This document shows, in pieces, positions 60,058 through 64,000 of a stretch of 64,000 nt of DNA. A program made the translations under genes and the position numbers. This DNA is from Stegostoma tigrinum (Eukaryota), in NCBI RefSeq assembly GCF_030684315.1, contig NC_081379.1:42096381-42160380 (forward strand), written 5' to 3'. Numbering within the stretch: the stretch's first letter is position 1; every line of letters begins with the position of its first letter. Below the pieces are notes generated by a model, which saw only the letters and a list, made by a program, of their open reading frames with translations, ran no database searches and was not told the DNA's origin.

Positions 60058-60384
60058 AAACGAATGATCATTGTTGGCACAGAAGCCTTTCTGCTGATTA
60101 GACCCATGCTGGCGTCCCATGGAGCTGCTGCAAAGTAAAAAGTCAATAACCAGAAGACATTTCAAGATCTAGGTAGGATTTAGCAGATTTATGGCTAACT
60201 GCCACTGACTGAAAGAAGTGGGGATAGATATGGGGGTGATCTGAAAATTATAGAACTTTAATATTAGCTCCTGAAGGCTGTTAAACATTTAAATAGGGTG
60301 GGAGGGGTGAGGTGTTGTCATAGCCGTAGATAAAATGTTTTGGAACAATGGAGGAGGCTGAGATGGGAGTATGGTGTAGAAGAC

Positions 60385-63150
60385 GTCAAGCCAGTCAGCC
60401 ATTGAGTCTGTTCTGTCACTTAATGTGATCTTAGCTGATCTTATTCATCCTCAACACCACTTTCCTGCCTTTTGCTTATGATTTCTGATTCCCTCTTTGA
60501 TTAAAAATATCTATCAATCAATCACTTGATGACCCAGAATTAAGAGCCCTCTGCAGTAAAGAACTCTACAGATTCACAAAACCCTCATTCTTCCTCACCT
60601 GACCAACTGGGCAATCGCCCACTGAGGGTATGCCCTCTGGTGTTACACTTTGCTGCAAGGGGTAACAACATCTCTACAATTACCCTGTTAAGTGCCCTCA
60701 AACTTGTATTAATAGCTTGTAATGTGTGGCATATGTTTGAAAGGAATGTTACTTTCTTTGCTCATAGAACAGGCATATGGAGCCTTGCTTCACGAAGGAA
60801 TTTTAGTTGGGCTTCTGTGCAGTTGGGTTGATTTGAGGGAATGGAAGGAAGTACCTGAATCAAGTGAAGATTGCGCTCCTGGTTTTTAAAAAAAATTTCC
60901 ACAGATTTATGATCTCAGAAGTTGCTCCTCATGTCAAATGTGTGACCTGTTGTTTTGAGATTTATGGCCTCTGGTTTCCCACAAAGGGGGAAATAACCTC
61001 TCACACCTGCCTGGTCAAATCAAGCTCACTATTCCAATGAGCACAGGCCCAAATGACAGTGTCCTTACAAGAGAGTCCCCTCATATCTAGTATCAACCAA
61101 GTAAGACTTTCACTTGACTGCCTCCAATGCAAGTGTAACTTACCTTAGATAAAAGGGTCCAACGTTCACAAGATTTCAGCTGTAGTCTGACCAGTGCTTT
61201 GTACGGTTTTAGCAAAACCTGCGTACTTCTTATTTCTTTTCCTCTGTAATAAAGGCCAATATCCTGTTTACTTTTCCATTACCTACTGAACTTGGATGCA
61301 AGCTTTTTGTGATTCATGGATGAGGCCTGCCAAATCGCTGTGTTTTGTGGCTTTCTGAAGATTTTCTCCATTAGATTAATATTAAATTCTTCTGTTTTAT
61401 CATGAAGGCAAACAAAGTATTTATTTTGACTCCTCTGCTATTTCCTGCTGCTTCATTATCATTTCTGAAGCCTCATTCTCTGCGTTCACGTTGGCTTCTC
61501 TCTTCCTTTTTAGAGACGCTCTTGTCCTTCTGTTCACCCTCAGTTTATTTCTGTCCTCTTATTTTTAAGATCCTTTCGTTTGGCTTTAAAACTTTCCCAA
61601 TTCTCTGGCTTACCACTAATCTTTGCCGTATGTTTTTTTCTTTCAGTCCGATGCTACACTTAACTTCCCTGGTTAACCACGGTTAGCTTTTTCCCTCCTT
61701 AGAATCTTTCTCGCTCACTACAGTGTCTTTTCTGTGAGCCATGCACTGTTTTCTGAAACATCTGCCTTTGATCCTGAACTGTTTTAGCTATGAAACTCAT
61801 TTCCCAGTCTACTCAAGCCAACCCTGCAATCATTCTTTTCAAGTCACCCTTTAAAGATTGTTTTTGACCTAGGTTGCTCCCTCTTAAACTGAATACTCAA
61901 TTCTACCATGTTATGGTCACCATTTCCAAGGAGATCTTTTCCCCTGAAATCCTTTATTAGGCTTGCCTCATTCCACTTCACCAGATCCAAAATAGCCTTT
62001 ATCCATAGTATATTGTTCTAGGAACTATCCCAAATATACTGTGTACATTATTTCACATGGCTTCCTCTACCACTCTGACTAACCCAATCTATACGAAGAG
62101 TAAATTCATATGATTAATGTACTGCCCTTGTTAAATGCAGTCATTACCTTTTTTTTTCTGTCCCACCGAAAAGCTACTGTTAGGGACCTATAGACAATTA
62201 ATAGGGAGTTCCTGTGTTTCTCACTTGTTACCTTAAACCATCTGGATTCTGCATCTTGAGTCAAGGTCATTTCTTGCTATTGTACTTAATTGTCCCTTAC
62301 CAACAAGGCTACCTCACCCAAGTGTCCTTCCTGCTTTTCCTTTTAAAAAGTGACACATCCTTTAAATATTTGGTTCCCAGATCTGATCTCCTTCAAACCA
62401 TGTCTTTGTAACTTAAGATCACATCCATTAACCTGTATTTGTGCTGATAATTCAATTATTTTGTTCTGAATGTGTATTGAAGTAACGAGCCTTAATCTTG
62501 TGTTATACGATTGTTTTCTGCCTTCGACCCAATTTATTGCTTTTTATCTGTCAGTACCCTTCATCCTTTCCCGGCCCAGAGTTTTGCTATTCAAATAGCT
62601 GCCCCGAATTCTACCATATCATCTTACTTTGTAATTCTACATTTCCATCTCTCAAACTCTCCCTGTCTAGTTTAAAGCCCAATCTACAGTCTTAATTATT
62701 TGATTTGCCAGGACACTGGTTTCAGCACAGTTCAAGTGAAACCCATCCCACAAAAATAGCTTCCTTTCACTTCAACACTGATGCCATCGCCCCATAAGCT
62801 GAAAGCTATTCCATTCACACTAATCTTTGAGCCACACATTCATCTCTCACTGTATTTACCTTGTATTAGTTTACTTGTGGCAATCCCAGAAATTACTTTC
62901 GAGGTTGTTCTTTTGAATTAAGCTCCTAACTATTCAACGTCTTTCCCAACACCTCCGTTCTAGTCTTACCAATGTCATTGGTACTAACAGGGATAACGAC
63001 TACTGAATCTATCCTAATTCTCCTTCTGTCCCGAGATGTCATGATCCCTGGCACCAGACAGGCAACGCAGCCTTCAAGATTCCTATTCATAGTTGCATGT
63101 AACAGTATCTACCCTCCTAATTATACTATCCCTTGCAACAACCACATTCG
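60385..63150 (-). mobile_element. Old, fragmented CR1 (3' tail through ORF2 remnants to ORF1 esterase-like region)
   Basis: CR1 tail at 60390, later ccctggttaaccacggtt, accatgttatggtcac (SDHNMV), gatccctggcaccag (PGARD-like). Confidence 0.7.
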
Positions 63151-63746
63151 CATTGAACTGAATTGAATTATTTATTGTCACGCGTGTTCAATGTAATACA
63201 GAGCAAAGTGTGTGTCTTCGCCGTACATACATAGCGCCACTCACGTTAACTTAGAATAAGATTACAAAACAAAACTTGACAGTCCAACTATCCTTTCCAC
63301 TGCTGCAGTCTCGCTCTGGCCCTCACCAGCCCACTCTTGATTCGCTGACGCTGGACACAACCTGCGCATTCAGCTCCTGCCAAGTGGTTCCCGGTTGCGA
63401 CCCGGCTCCTTAAGGAAGGTAGTTAAAGGGGGTAGGGGGATAGAATTACTACAGAGGGGGGGGGAAAGGACAAAGGAAGAGAAATTCCTATTTCCTCTCC
63501 CTATTTGAATGACTCTCGGCACCAAGTTGTCATAAACACTTTCTCCTCTGTCTCGTCTGCACAACTTGCAAGAACCTTTTAACAGCGAGACAACCACAAG
63601 GGCCGAGGCTCCTCAGTTTTAACCTCCTGGAGTCTCACACCTGTCTGTTTCTCCTCCTCCGCATACAGCTGGACTTAAACACTTTAGACGTTTTACTTGA
63701 GATGTGGAGCACCCGCAGTGTTTTTTTTTGGTGTGTGTATGTGTAC

Positions 63747-64000
63747 CTTCACAGTTACAGGGACCGAGTGAAGAATGTTCCCTATCCTCCGCCGCCCTCC
63801 ATGATCCTTCTGGGTTGAGCCGGTCCCGTTGCTGCCGTGGAAACACTACAAATCCCATCGTGCACCGCGGGCGACAGTAACACGCTGCTATTGGTAGGTT
63901 TGGGCGTGGTTGTGTGGGGCACGTGGTGCGGCGCCGACCAATTGGAAGGCAGTACGGCTGGCTGTTTGAGGTGCTGGTACGAGGACCCCCTCAGGTATGG
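63747..64000. promoter_or_regulatory. CpG-rich, probably bidirectional promoter; first exon of the next plus-strand gene ends at 63994
   Basis: ZNF143/THAP11-type ACTACAAATCCCATCGTGCA at 63845; ATTGG 63890; GGGCGTGG 63902; CACGTG 63920; CCAATTGG 63938; donors CAG|gtatgg (+, 63994) and AAG|gtacac (-, 63747). Confidence 0.75.

Overview
Vertebrate nuclear DNA, almost certainly a cartilaginous fish (shark): it carries HE1-type SINEs, CR1/HER1-like and L2 LINEs and several Penelope-like element (PLE) families. There are three protein-coding genes. (1) The last seven coding exons of LZTR1 (+, 4296-23847), including a U12-type (minor spliceosome) intron at 11692-12920. (2) An uncharacterised gene of about 317 aa (+, CDS 35327-43647, six coding exons). 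It joins an N-terminal NEMP-like helix and coiled coil to a polyproline run, a WH2-like motif and a PRR11/MTFR-type 'RSPGGTP...LxxKF' tail, and sits behind a CpG-rich CCAAT+CHR (G2/M-type) promoter. (3) SIRT4 (-, 56912-53363, 315 aa, two coding exons). The window ends in a ZNF143/CCAAT promoter of a further gene. Introns and spacers are full of repeats: two pogo (POGK-like) relics, a Gypsy pol relic, many CR1/L2 fragments, SINEs, and more than a dozen PLE-derived insertions. Many of these carry minimal hammerhead-ribozyme cores, and several are tiny fold-back elements flanked by 12-15 bp target-site duplications. All calls come from manual reading; repeat boundaries are approximate and family names need database confirmation.
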